NCBI GenBank assembly: GCA_034439735.1
Contig: JAWXAX010000117.1
Span: 2,148 to 66,147, forward strand
From: Rhodothermales bacterium
Lineage (GTDB): Bacteria > Bacteroidota > Rhodothermia > Rhodothermales > JAHQVL01
Reading direction: 5' to 3'
Length of the DNA stretch: 64,000 bases
Shown: positions 11,956 to 20,380 of the stretch, one piece after another
Layout of the letters: every line of letters starts with the position of its first letter
How positions within the stretch are numbered: the first letter of the stretch is position 1
Program-made: the position numbers and the translations under genes
Notes under the pieces: model-generated
What the model was told of the DNA's origin: nothing
The model's input: the letters and a program-made list of their open reading frames with translations, nothing else
Databases searched by the model: none

Positions 11956-12399
11956 TTATCGATCGAGGCGCTCGATCACGGCCAGGGTGAGCCGGCTGAC
12001 ATTGACCAGTCGCTGCTGCTCGTCGCGGATCTCGATGTGCCAGACGTGGGTGGTCTTTCCCAGATGAAAGGGGCGGGCGACCCCTACGACCCGGCCTCCC
12101 CGAACGCCGCGGATATGGTTCGCATTGATGTCCAGCCCGACACAGTGGTGCGTGCGCTGGTCGATGCAAAGCGTCCCGCCGACACTCCCCAGCGTCTCCG
12201 CCAGGACCACCGACGCCCCGCCGTGCAGGATGCCGAAGGGCGTGTGGGTGCGCGGATCGACCGGCATGGTGCCCTCGAGGAAGTCGTCGCCGACGGCTGT
12301 AATGACGATGCCCAGATGGCCGGCCATGACGGACTGCCCCCAGGCGTTTAGCTGCACCAGGTCGATGGGACTGTGCCAGATGGAGGGAGATGGAGGCAT
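11956..12399 (-). CDS. PaaI/YdiI-type hotdog-fold thioesterase
   Basis: GILHGGASVVLAETLGS and VGLDINANHIR motifs. Start placed at MPPSPS (cat at 12397-12399). Confidence 0.75.
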   Translation of the reverse strand: MPPSPSIWHSPIDLVQLNAWGQSVMAGHLGIVITAVGDDFLEGTMPVDPRTHTPFGILHGGASVVLAETLGSVGGTLCIDQRTHHCVGLDINANHIRGVRGGRVVGVARPFHLGKTTHVWHIEIRDEQQRLVNVSRLTLAVIERLDR

Positions 12400-12485
12400 G
12401 TATCTACCCGTGTGCTGGATATAGTCTATAAAAATGCGCATCATGCGCGTTCCAAAGCGTCGCTCCCAGAGACCGAACACCGCCC

Positions 12486-13871
12486 ATGAACAGACGAATC
12501 GTTATCCTCCTCAGTGCGCTACTCCTCGCCGGCTGCGATACACCCCCCCAGCCTCCCCCGAACATCGTATTTATCATGGCGGACGACCTCGGGTACGGCG
12601 ACATTGGCGTGTACGGGCAAAACGCGATTCAGACCCCAAATCTGGACCGAATGGCGGCCGAGGGTATGCGGTTCACGCAATTTTACGCCGGCTCCACCGT
12701 CTGCGCGCCGTCGCGGGCCGTGCTCATGACGGGCAAACACATCGGGCACAATGATATTCGCGGCAACCTGGAATTGCAACCGGTCGGCCAACAACCGCTG
12801 CCTGCGGCCAACGTCACCCTGGCTGAAGTGCTCCAGCAGGCCGGTTATGCCACTGGACTGATAGGCAAATGGGGCCTCGGGCATATCGGCACGGAAGGGC
12901 ACCCTAACCGACAGGGCTTTGATCACTTTTTTGGGTATCTCGACCAGCGCCACGCCCACAACTTTTACACGGAGTTTTTATTTCGGAACGAAGAGCGAGT
13001 GACGCTACCGGGTAACCGAATGCCCGAACCGAAGCGGGAAGACGGCGCCGGCGAGGCCGTCGAGAAGGGCACCTACAGCCACGACCTGTTCGCCGAAGAA
13101 GCTCTCGGATTTATCGATGCCCACCAGGACGAGCCGTTTTTCCTCTACCTCGCCCTCACCATCCCGCACGCCAACAACGAAGCGGGACCGCGTGGCATGG
13201 AAGTCCCCGATTACGGGGACTATGGTGACCGGGGGTGGCCGGCATCCGCGCAGGGCCTCGCGGCCATGGTCACGCGGATGGACCGGGACATCGGCCGACT
13301 CCTCGAACGCTTGCGTGAACGGGGGCTCGACGAGCGCACGCTTGTCATCTTCACATCCGATAACGGCCCTCACGCGGAAGGCGGCAACGACCCGGACTAT
13401 TTCGACTCAAACGGTCCGTTCCGAGGCATCAAACGGTCGCTCTATGAAGGCGGCATCCGCGTCCCGATGATCGCCCGTTGGCCAGGCCGGATCGCGGCCG
13501 GCGCGGTGTCCGAACACGTCGGCTATCACGGCGACTTCATCACCACATTCGCCGCCCTCGTCGACCAACCAGCGCCCGATTCGCTGGATAGCATCAGCCT
13601 GCTCCCCACCCTGCTCGGCCAGGGCGAGCAGTCGCAGCACCCGTATCTGTACTGGGCGTTTTACGAACAGGGCTCGCGTCAGGCCGTCAGGGCCGGCGCA
13701 CTGAAAGCGATCCGGGAGCCCATGTTCAGTGGTCCCGTCGCCTTATATGACCTGACGACCGACCCCGGCGAGACGACCAATCGGGCCGGAGAGCATCCGG
13801 AAGAAGCAAAACGACTCGCCGCGCTTATGGACGAAGCGCATGTGGCGCACTCCCTGTGGGATGCGAACTAG
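12486..13871 (+). CDS. Arylsulfatase-family sulfatase (lipoprotein)
   Basis: Lipobox LLLAGC; NIVFIMADDLGYGDIG; formylglycine motif CAPSRAVLMTG; downstream GKWGLGH. Confidence 0.85.
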   Translation: MNRRIVILLSALLLAGCDTPPQPPPNIVFIMADDLGYGDIGVYGQNAIQTPNLDRMAAEGMRFTQFYAGSTVCAPSRAVLMTGKHIGHNDIRGNLELQPVGQQPLPAANVTLAEVLQQAGYATGLIGKWGLGHIGTEGHPNRQGFDHFFGYLDQRHAHNFYTEFLFRNEERVTLPGNRMPEPKREDGAGEAVEKGTYSHDLFAEEALGFIDAHQDEPFFLYLALTIPHANNEAGPRGMEVPDYGDYGDRGWPASAQGLAAMVTRMDRDIGRLLERLRERGLDERTLVIFTSDNGPHAEGGNDPDYFDSNGPFRGIKRSLYEGGIRVPMIARWPGRIAAGAVSEHVGYHGDFITTFAALVDQPAPDSLDSISLLPTLLGQGEQSQHPYLYWAFYEQGSRQAVRAGALKAIREPMFSGPVALYDLTTDPGETTNRAGEHPEEAKRLAALMDEAHVAHSLWDAN

Positions 13872-13955
13872 TTGGCAGGTTTGCAGGTTTGCAGGTTTTA
13901 TGATCTAGGCCAACATGCCAACCCGCCAACCTGCAACCTGTCAACCTGCAACCAA
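13871..13955. repeat. Imperfect long hairpin built from GGTT(T)GCA-type 7-8-bp tandem units; probable bidirectional terminator
   Basis: Left arm GTTGGCAGGTTTGCAGGTTTGCAGGTT, right arm CCAACCTGCAACCTGTCAACCTGCAACC. Fills the gap between the convergent sulfatase and DUF4332 genes. Confidence 0.6.
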
Positions 13956-14360
13956 TCAGTAGTTGACGGCGCGTGGGAGGCCTTTTGCCTGCTTGCACCA
14001 GTCGGTTATAGCCGCTAGCGTGGGGAGCTGGCGGACGAGTTTTTTCGCGGCGTTGACCTCCACCATCTTGGCGTGCAGGTTCTCCGGCTTGCGCGTGCCG
14101 AGTTCAACCACGGTATCGACGCCGGCAGCTTCGAGCAGTTCGCTGTATTCGCCGCCGATGCCCTTGATTCGCATCAAGTCCGCATGGTTAACAAAGCGGA
14201 GGATGCGCTTGTCATCAATCCCGCTCTTCGCGACGATTTCCTTGCGACCTGCCGGCGTGCCCCCTTTCTTCAGCAGTGACTCCACAGATCCAACGCCGGC
14301 TTTCTTCAGTTTCTCGGCTAGCGTGTCGGCGATACCCTCGATGGTTGTCAGTTTTGCCAT
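13956..14360 (-). CDS. DUF4332-like helix-hairpin-helix protein
   Basis: Two HhH-type segments: IEGIADTLAEKLKKAGVGSVESLL and IKGIGGEYSELLEAAGVDTVVEL. Start placed at MAKLTT. Confidence 0.6.
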   Translation of the reverse strand: MAKLTTIEGIADTLAEKLKKAGVGSVESLLKKGGTPAGRKEIVAKSGIDDKRILRFVNHADLMRIKGIGGEYSELLEAAGVDTVVELGTRKPENLHAKMVEVNAAKKLVRQLPTLAAITDWCKQAKGLPRAVNY

Positions 14361-14687
14361 AAAAAGCCTCTTGAACAATAGTGCAGGATGTTACGGATCG
14401 GCTGGAGTCCGTCGCTGCCCGGCGTCACGGCTCCCATGAAGGAGGGTGTCGTGTTCTTCGGACGCCTATTCATCCGAAACCGGGGAATTGCTACGTACAC
14501 ACCAGCCTTGCTGTGGGTCGGGCGCAAAAGTAAGTAGAATTTAACTGTGCATCAATCCCCGGCCCCCGGCCCCGGCATGATCGGCGAAGTAATAGCTAAT
14601 ATGTTTGATTTATACCGCCCCCAACCTATTTTCCCGGCAGTTGGACCCACAAATGTCCACTAACCTAACCACTCACTCACCAAAGCA

Positions 14688-15116
14688 ATGCTCAAAGAGT
14701 TTAAGGAGTTTGCTGTTAAGGGCAACGTCGTCGACATGGCGGTCGGTATCATCATCGGCGCGGCGTTCGGCACGATTGTTCAGTCACTTGTCAACGATGT
14801 CATCATGCCCCCCATTGGCCTGATGCTCGGCAACGTCGACTTCTCCAACCTGTTCTTCGTCATCAAGGAAGGAGCCGTCGTAGGCCCGTACGCCGCGCTT
14901 GCCGCGGCGAAGGAAGCCGGCGCCGTCACGGTCAACTACGGCGCGTTCATCAACACGGTTGTGAGCTTCCTTATAGTCGCTTTCTGTGTGTTCCTCCTCG
15001 TAAAAGCTGTGAACAACCTGAAGAAGAAGGAAGAAGCCGCGCCGTCCGTACCGGCGGCGCCTTCCAACGAGGAAAAGCTGCTCGGCGAAATCCGCGACTT
15101 GCTCCGCGCGCGTTGA
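14688..15116 (+). CDS. mscL: Large-conductance mechanosensitive channel MscL
   Basis: [44 protein letters not shown]; second TM helix; charged C-terminal helix. Confidence 0.93.
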   Translation: MLKEFKEFAVKGNVVDMAVGIIIGAAFGTIVQSLVNDVIMPPIGLMLGNVDFSNLFFVIKEGAVVGPYAALAAAKEAGAVTVNYGAFINTVVSFLIVAFCVFLLVKAVNNLKKKEEAAPSVPAAPSNEEKLLGEIRDLLRAR

Positions 15117-15163
15117 GCTACCAGGCGTAGGTACCGCCACGCGGCGTCGCGCCTTTATCGAAT

Positions 15164-15203
15164 AAAAAGGACCCTCTCGTCACGTGACGGGAGGGTCCTT
15201 TTG
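15164..15203. terminator. Bidirectional rho-independent terminator between mscL and the convergent gene
   Basis: AAAAAGGACCCTCTCGTCAC-GTGACGGGAGGGTCCTTTT: long GC-rich stem flanked by an A-run and a T-run. Confidence 0.8.
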
Positions 15204-15220
15204 TATAAACCCGGCGGGGC

Positions 15221-15850
15221 TCAGGGCATTTCGCCGTACTTGTCCTGATGAAGCCGGCGGGCGCTGTCGAGCCAGCCATCACGCTCGATGCGTCCGGGGA
15301 AGTAATTGAGATGCTCGCCGATGCGTTCGATTTCTGCTTCGGTGAGGTGAGCGATCTGACGGTAGGTCGTGATCTCTATCTCCCCGAGCCGGCGCTCGAT
15401 GACGGGTCCAATGCCGTAGATCTTCTTGAGATCGTCCCGACTGCCGACCGGCATCTTCTTGCTGGCGGCGTTGGACGCTTTGCGCATGACGGGCACGGAG
15501 GCCACACCGGTGAGTGTACCGGCGTCGGAGGCACCGAGGGCCGGCGCAGGTGCCGCAACTGCCCGGGCGACAGGCGGCGCCTTCAAGCGTGCTTCCGCCA
15601 GCACGAGGCTCTGCTGGCAGGCCTCGAGTTCACGTTGGGCCTTCATCAGAGCATCGTTGAGCACCGTGCCCGTGATTGAAGGTTCAGGTGAGACGACCGT
15701 GCGGGCCGGCCGCTCGAATTTCACTTCTTTCATCGCCATTTCCTGATAGGCGTCCCCACGGATGATACCGCGAAGGTACCAGCCCAGTGTGATGCCGGCG
15801 GCGAGCGTGAGTGCGATCCAGAACAGAATCTGGCCAAAAAGATACAGCAT
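15221..15850 (-). CDS. Membrane-anchored protein with coiled-coil and C-terminal helix-hairpin-helix domain
   Basis: N-terminal TM helix ILFWIALTLAAGITLGWYL; C-terminus LKKIYGIGPVIERRLGEIEITTYRQIAHLT...GRIERDGWLDSARRL. Its ATG overlaps the stop of the upstream OmpA-family gene (TAATG). Confidence 0.6.
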   Translation of the reverse strand: MLYLFGQILFWIALTLAAGITLGWYLRGIIRGDAYQEMAMKEVKFERPARTVVSPEPSITGTVLNDALMKAQRELEACQQSLVLAEARLKAPPVARAVAAPAPALGASDAGTLTGVASVPVMRKASNAASKKMPVGSRDDLKKIYGIGPVIERRLGEIEITTYRQIAHLTEAEIERIGEHLNYFPGRIERDGWLDSARRLHQDKYGEMP

Positions 15851-16923
15851 TATTGTCCTCCTTTTAAGCTGAATTCGACGCGACGGTTCTTAATTCGTCC
15901 TTCGAGGGTCGTATTGGTGGCAACAGGGCGTGTGGGGCCGAAACCGATGGCGGTAAGCCGGCCTGACCCGATGCCCCGGGTGACGAGGTAGTCGCGCACG
16001 GCGTCGGCGCGACTCTGGCTGAGGGCATTGTTGAGCGCGACCGAACCCAGGATGTCGGTATGGCCCTGGACTTCGACGGCGACCGACTCTGCGTCGTCCA
16101 TGACGGCGGCGACGCGATCGAGCAATTCCTTGGAGGCCGGCACCAGTTCCGCGGTGTTGATGAGGAACTGCACCTTATGGCCGGCCAGGACCGCCTCGAG
16201 GTCGGTGCGCATCCGGATGACAGCCGCCGCTTCCGGTGCGCCTACCGTCTCGAGTACGCGCAGATCGACCAGCAGTGTGCGAGCGCCCGCCAGGGCGGCC
16301 TCGGCGTCTTGGACGACGACCGCGCGCTGCAACGGCGTGGGCACATCGCCCCGCAGGGCGACGGCAGCGGCGCTAACGCGTACGGTGGGTTGCTGGACGG
16401 CGTTGATAGCCGGCAACATCGTCACGAATCCTTCGATCCACATGCCGAATGCGGCATCGAGGGTCGTTTCATCTGTCACGGTATGCGTCGGGAAGGCGTC
16501 GCGGACGGCTTGCAGGAATCGGTCACGGGTAGCGGAGTCCGGCAGCCGGCCGGACAGACGCATCTGTCGGGCATCCGTGGTGAGGGTGAAGAGCACCTCC
16601 GCGTCGGCCACATCCGTGGGGGCCGAGGCCGTGAGGGAAGAATCGACCGTGAGGTTGTTCGCCAGGACGCGTACCGGGTAGGACGACAATACAGCCCCGA
16701 CCCGTCGCTTCTCGTCTTCCGAAGCCACCGGGCCTTCGAGCGTGGCATCGCGGCCTTCAAAGGACACCTGGTCGATGCCGATGCCGGCGCGCTCCAGCGC
16801 GATCTTCTGTCGCGCGCGCCGCATCAAATCCGTCTCGATAGGCTCCGCTCGGAAAATAAACGTCAGCGTCTGGAGCAAGGCGAGCGTCGTAAGCGTCAAG
16901 AGGATAGCTTTGCCGTACTTCAT
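15850..16923 (-). CDS. OmpA-family peptidoglycan-binding protein with BON-like N-terminal domains
   Basis: Signal/anchor ILLTLTTLALLQTL; C-terminal OmpA_C motif VEVQGHTDILGSVALNNALSQSRADAVRDYL...NRRVEF. Confidence 0.8.
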   Translation of the reverse strand: MKYGKAILLTLTTLALLQTLTFIFRAEPIETDLMRRARQKIALERAGIGIDQVSFEGRDATLEGPVASEDEKRRVGAVLSSYPVRVLANNLTVDSSLTASAPTDVADAEVLFTLTTDARQMRLSGRLPDSATRDRFLQAVRDAFPTHTVTDETTLDAAFGMWIEGFVTMLPAINAVQQPTVRVSAAAVALRGDVPTPLQRAVVVQDAEAALAGARTLLVDLRVLETVGAPEAAAVIRMRTDLEAVLAGHKVQFLINTAELVPASKELLDRVAAVMDDAESVAVEVQGHTDILGSVALNNALSQSRADAVRDYLVTRGIGSGRLTAIGFGPTRPVATNTTLEGRIKNRRVEFSLKGGQ

Positions 16924-16984
16924 GATAACAAGATCTTCATCGCGAGAATAAAATCCGGGGGCGGATTAATGTACCGCAGGCTTT

Positions 16985-17683
16985 TTAATTCAACAACCGA
17001 ACGAGCAGCAGAAGTTCGAGCTCCCGCGTCTGCCAGTCCGAGATCAGCACCGGCTGCTCTGCGTCCCGTTTGGCCGGCGAGAGGCCGGCCACATACGAGG
17101 CCACAAGACGCAACCGGGGGGTGATCGCCGCGCCGAGGCCGCCGCGTAAGGCGACATTGACACGCCGGAGTTCGTCGCCTACCGCCACCTCCTGCGACGA
17201 GCGCGAGGCCTCGGGCGTCAGGGTCCGGGATTCTTTCTTTGCGCCAACGAGCAGACCTACCTCGGGGCCGGCCAGCACGAAGAGCGGCGATCGACCGAGG
17301 TCCAGCCGTAACCACAGGGGGACGGAGACAAAGTGCTGTTTGAGTGTGAAGGTACCTGTGAATTCCTGCGCCGGCGCGCCGACGACAAAGGCCCAGTCGA
17401 TCTGGCCGGACTGCCGGTTGTAACGCAGTCCGCTCACCACATGTAGCCGTTCCCCCAGCGGCCCATCGATGCCCGAGAGCGGCCATTCCGCAAACACGAG
17501 ACCCGTGGGAAAAAGCAGCCCAGTGTCCGACCATTCGGGCAGCGGCGCGTCGAGCGCAAGCTGCTGATACGACGCGCCGGCGCCCATCCCCAGACGGGGT
17601 TGGGCCGCCAGTTCGGCCGGCAAGGCAGCGGCAAACATCGACATCGCGAGGGTTAGGGCAAAACGCGTGAAACGGGATGGCAT
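16985..17683 (-). CDS. Outer-membrane beta-barrel (OmpA-barrel/porin-type) protein
   Basis: Start placed at [28 protein letters not shown] (signal peptide). Alternating amphipathic beta strands; C-terminal ...[11 protein letters not shown]. The ORF-track N-terminal extension merely translates the purine tract. Confidence 0.65.
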   Translation of the reverse strand: MPSRFTRFALTLAMSMFAAALPAELAAQPRLGMGAGASYQQLALDAPLPEWSDTGLLFPTGLVFAEWPLSGIDGPLGERLHVVSGLRYNRQSGQIDWAFVVGAPAQEFTGTFTLKQHFVSVPLWLRLDLGRSPLFVLAGPEVGLLVGAKKESRTLTPEASRSSQEVAVGDELRRVNVALRGGLGAAITPRLRLVASYVAGLSPAKRDAEQPVLISDWQTRELELLLLVRLLN

Positions 17684-17744
17684 GAGGGGAAGGGGGAAGG
17701 GGGAAGGGAAAAGGGAAAAGTAAAAAGGGAAAAGGGAAAAGTGG
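17684..17744. repeat. Near-pure polypurine/polypyrimidine tract (GGGGGAA and GGGAAAA units) abutting the OMP start codon
   Basis: GAGGGGAAGGGGGAAGGGGGAAGGGAAAAGGGAAAAGTAAAAAGGGAAAAGGGAAAAGTGGG begins immediately after the cat (ATG) at 17681-17683. Confidence 0.9.
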
Positions 17745-17992
17745 GCTTCGCTGGGCGCATGGGCCAGAGCCGGAACGTGCAAACGGTCAATGAGGCAACG
17801 CTTCAACGTTTGCTTTCATCGCGAAAATGGGGCATTGCCGAGATAATTTCGGGGAATACGACAAAGATTCGCGTGTGGCAAGTGTCTGAAATCGATTCTA
17901 TCTTGCCAGCCCACACCCCCTTTGGTATCGAACCTGCGTTTTACCGCGTCTGTTCACCACGGTTCGTCCATCCATTACCTGGCTTCTTCCGC

Positions 17993-19486
17993 ATGAACTA
18001 CATCCTCGCGCTCGACCAGGGGACCACCAGTTCCCGGGCCATCCTCTTCACCCACGACGGGAAGATCCTGGGCGTGGCGCAGCAGGAATTCGAACAACAT
18101 TTCCCTCAGCCGGGGTGGGTCGAACACGATCCGATGGAAATATGGACCTCGCAGCTGGCCGTTGCGCGACAGGTGCTGGCAGAGCAGGGGCTACGGGCCT
18201 CCGATGTGGCGGCGATCGGCATCACGAACCAGCGCGAGACCACCGTCGTCTGGAATCGCGCCACGGGGAAACCGCTGTTTAACGCCATCGTGTGGCAGGA
18301 CCGGCGCACGGCCGGCATCTGCGATACCCTCAAGGCCGGCGGCCATGCGGAGCTGTTTCGCCGGAAGACCGGCCTCGTGGTGGATGCCTATTTCTCGGGC
18401 ACGAAGGTCCAGTGGATCCTCGACAACGTGCCGGGCGCCCGCGACCTGGCCGGCCGTGGCGAGCTCGCCTTCGGCACGATCGACAGCTGGCTGATCTGGA
18501 ATCTCACCGGGGGCCGGCGACACGTCACGGACGTGTCGAATGCATCACGCACGTTGATGTACGATATCCGTCGCGGCGAGTGGGACGACGAATTGCTCGG
18601 CCTGCTCAACGTGCCGCGTGTGATGCTTCCGGAGGTGCGCTCGTCGAGTGAGGTGTATGGCGAGACGGTCCCTGATCTTCTGGGCGGCGTCATACCGATC
18701 GCCGGCGTCGCCGGCGATCAGCAGGCCGCGCTGTTCGGCCAGATGTGCACGACCCCCGGCATGGTGAAAAACACCTACGGCACCGGCTGTTTCATGTTGA
18801 TGAATACCGGCACCGAGGCCGTGGACTCGAAGAACAACCTGCTGACGACGGTGGCCTGGAAGATCGGCGACCGGACAGAATACGCGCTAGAGGGCAGCAT
18901 CTTCATCGCCGGCGCCGTCGTGCAATGGCTACGCGACGGCCTGGGGCTGTTTTCATCGTCCGCCGAGGTGGAAGCGCTTGCGGCGCAGGTGGCTGACAAT
19001 GGCGGGGTCTATCTCGTGCCGGCGTTTGCCGGTCTCGGCGCCCCGCACTGGGATCCGTACGCCCGCGGCACGATCGCCGGCCTCACGCGGGGCACTACCG
19101 CCTCCCACATTGCCCGCGCCGCGCTGGAAGGCATCGCCTACCAGGTGGACGACGTGCTTGCCGCCATGGAGGCCGACTCCGGCATCCGTCTCGCCGAACT
19201 CCGCGCCGACGGCGGCGCGGCGGCCAACGGGATGCTGATGCAGTTCCAGGCCGATCTGCTCGGCGTGCCGGTCGTCCGCCCCACCATCCTTGAAACAACG
19301 GCGCTCGGCGCGGCCTACCTCGCCGGCCTGGCCGTCGGCTACTGGGAGAGCGAAGAAGCCATCGCCGGCCAGTGGCAGGTGGATGCGCGCTTCATCCCCT
19401 CGATGCCGGCCGACCGTGTGGAAGCGCTCAAAAAAGGGTGGCGCAAGGCGCTCGAACGTTCGAAAAATTGGGCAACGCCCGACTAA
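17993..19486 (+). CDS. glpK: Glycerol kinase
   Basis: [46 protein letters not shown]. Start at ATG 17993; the ORF-track start 17741 is an implausible extension. Confidence 0.95.
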   Translation: MNYILALDQGTTSSRAILFTHDGKILGVAQQEFEQHFPQPGWVEHDPMEIWTSQLAVARQVLAEQGLRASDVAAIGITNQRETTVVWNRATGKPLFNAIVWQDRRTAGICDTLKAGGHAELFRRKTGLVVDAYFSGTKVQWILDNVPGARDLAGRGELAFGTIDSWLIWNLTGGRRHVTDVSNASRTLMYDIRRGEWDDELLGLLNVPRVMLPEVRSSSEVYGETVPDLLGGVIPIAGVAGDQQAALFGQMCTTPGMVKNTYGTGCFMLMNTGTEAVDSKNNLLTTVAWKIGDRTEYALEGSIFIAGAVVQWLRDGLGLFSSSAEVEALAAQVADNGGVYLVPAFAGLGAPHWDPYARGTIAGLTRGTTASHIARAALEGIAYQVDDVLAAMEADSGIRLAELRADGGAAANGMLMQFQADLLGVPVVRPTILETTALGAAYLAGLAVGYWESEEAIAGQWQVDARFIPSMPADRVEALKKGWRKALERSKNWATPD

Positions 19487-19527
19487 ACGGGGGCGTACAG
19501 GGGGTGGCCGAACCATCCCGATTGAAT

Positions 19528-19552
19528 GGCCGCGATGTATCGTGGCCCTACG
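19528..19552. repeat. REP-like palindromic element, copy a
   Basis: GGCCGCGAT-GT-ATCGTGGCC followed by CTACG; in the glpK-glpF spacer. Confidence 0.7.
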
Positions 19553-19577
19553 CGCGGGGCTCCACCATCCTTCAAAC

Positions 19578-19602
19578 GGCCACGGCATGCCGTGGCCCTA
19601 CG
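19578..19602. repeat. REP-like palindromic element, copy b
   Basis: GGCCACGGCATGCCGTGGCC is a perfect 20-bp palindrome, followed by CTACG. Confidence 0.75.
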
Positions 19603-19630
19603 GTGGGACCGAACGATCGTTTTTGCCGAT

Positions 19631-19667
19631 TCCCTTTTTCCTTTTCACTTTTGCCTTTTTCCTTCCC
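19631..19667 (+). repeat. CT-rich tract abutting the glpF start codon
   Basis: TCCCTTTTTCCTTTTCACTTTTGCCTTTTTCCTTCCC followed directly by the ATG at 19668. Confidence 0.85.
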
Positions 19668-20375
19668 ATGACTCCATTCCTCGCTGAATTTCTCGGCACG
19701 GCCATCCTCCTGCTCCTTGGTGACGGCGTAGTCGCCAACGTGGTGCTCAACGGGACCAAAGGCCACAATTCCGGGTGGATTGTCATTACCTTCGGATGGG
19801 CGATGGCCGTATTCACCGGCGTGTTTTGCGTGGCGGCGTACAGCGGCGCGCACCTCAACCCGGCCGTCACGATCGGTCTGGCGATCGCCGGCAATTTCAG
19901 CTGGACCGAGGCGCCTTACTTCATTCTGGCGCAGGTACTGGGCGCCGGCTTCGGATCGTTTCTGGTGTGGCTGATCTACCGCGACCACTTCGCCCGCACC
20001 GACGACGCGGGCGCGATCCGGGCTGTATTTTGCACCGCGCCGGCCATCCGCAACACCTCCAGCAACCTCGTGTCGGAAATCATCGGTACGTTTGTGTTGG
20101 TCTTCGGCGTGTTGTACATGGTGAGCGCGGAAGTCGGCCTCGGCCCTCTCGACGCCCTGCCCGTCGCCCTGCTGGTGCTGGCGATCGGCCTATCGCTGGG
20201 TGGGACCACCGGCTACGCCATCAACCCGGCGCGCGACCTCGGCCCACGGATCATGCATGCCTTGCTCCCGATTCCCGGCAAAGGCGGCAGCGATTGGGAC
20301 TATGCCTGGATTCCCATTGTGGGGCCGATCATCGGCGCCCTGCTAGCGGCAGGCATGTATCGTTTATTGGGGTAG
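19668..20375 (+). CDS. glpF: Glycerol uptake facilitator / aquaglyceroporin (MIP family)
   Basis: Two NPA boxes (HLNPAVT, INPARDL) and six TM helices. Start at MTPFLAEFLGTAILLLLGDG. Confidence 0.93.
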   Translation: MTPFLAEFLGTAILLLLGDGVVANVVLNGTKGHNSGWIVITFGWAMAVFTGVFCVAAYSGAHLNPAVTIGLAIAGNFSWTEAPYFILAQVLGAGFGSFLVWLIYRDHFARTDDAGAIRAVFCTAPAIRNTSSNLVSEIIGTFVLVFGVLYMVSAEVGLGPLDALPVALLVLAIGLSLGGTTGYAINPARDLGPRIMHALLPIPGKGGSDWDYAWIPIVGPIIGALLAAGMYRLLG

Positions 20376-20380
20376 CCGGC

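Noticed and set aside
16060-17124. 354-aa plus-strand ORF over the OmpA-family gene
   Set aside because: It is antisense to a gene with a clear OmpA_C motif, and its composition is Arg/Gly/Asp-biased.
17868-17900. TGGCA...TTGC-like sequence upstream of glpK considered as a sigma54 promoter
   Set aside because: The spacing and the -12 element do not fit TGGCAC-N5-TTGC. No enhancer-binding protein gene is nearby.
17741-17992. N-terminal extensions of glpK (from 17741) and glpF (from 19290)
   Set aside because: Both canonical N-termini ([15 protein letters not shown]; MTPFLAEFLGTAILL) begin at internal ATGs. The extensions translate intergenic repeats, or in the case of glpF the 3' end of glpK.
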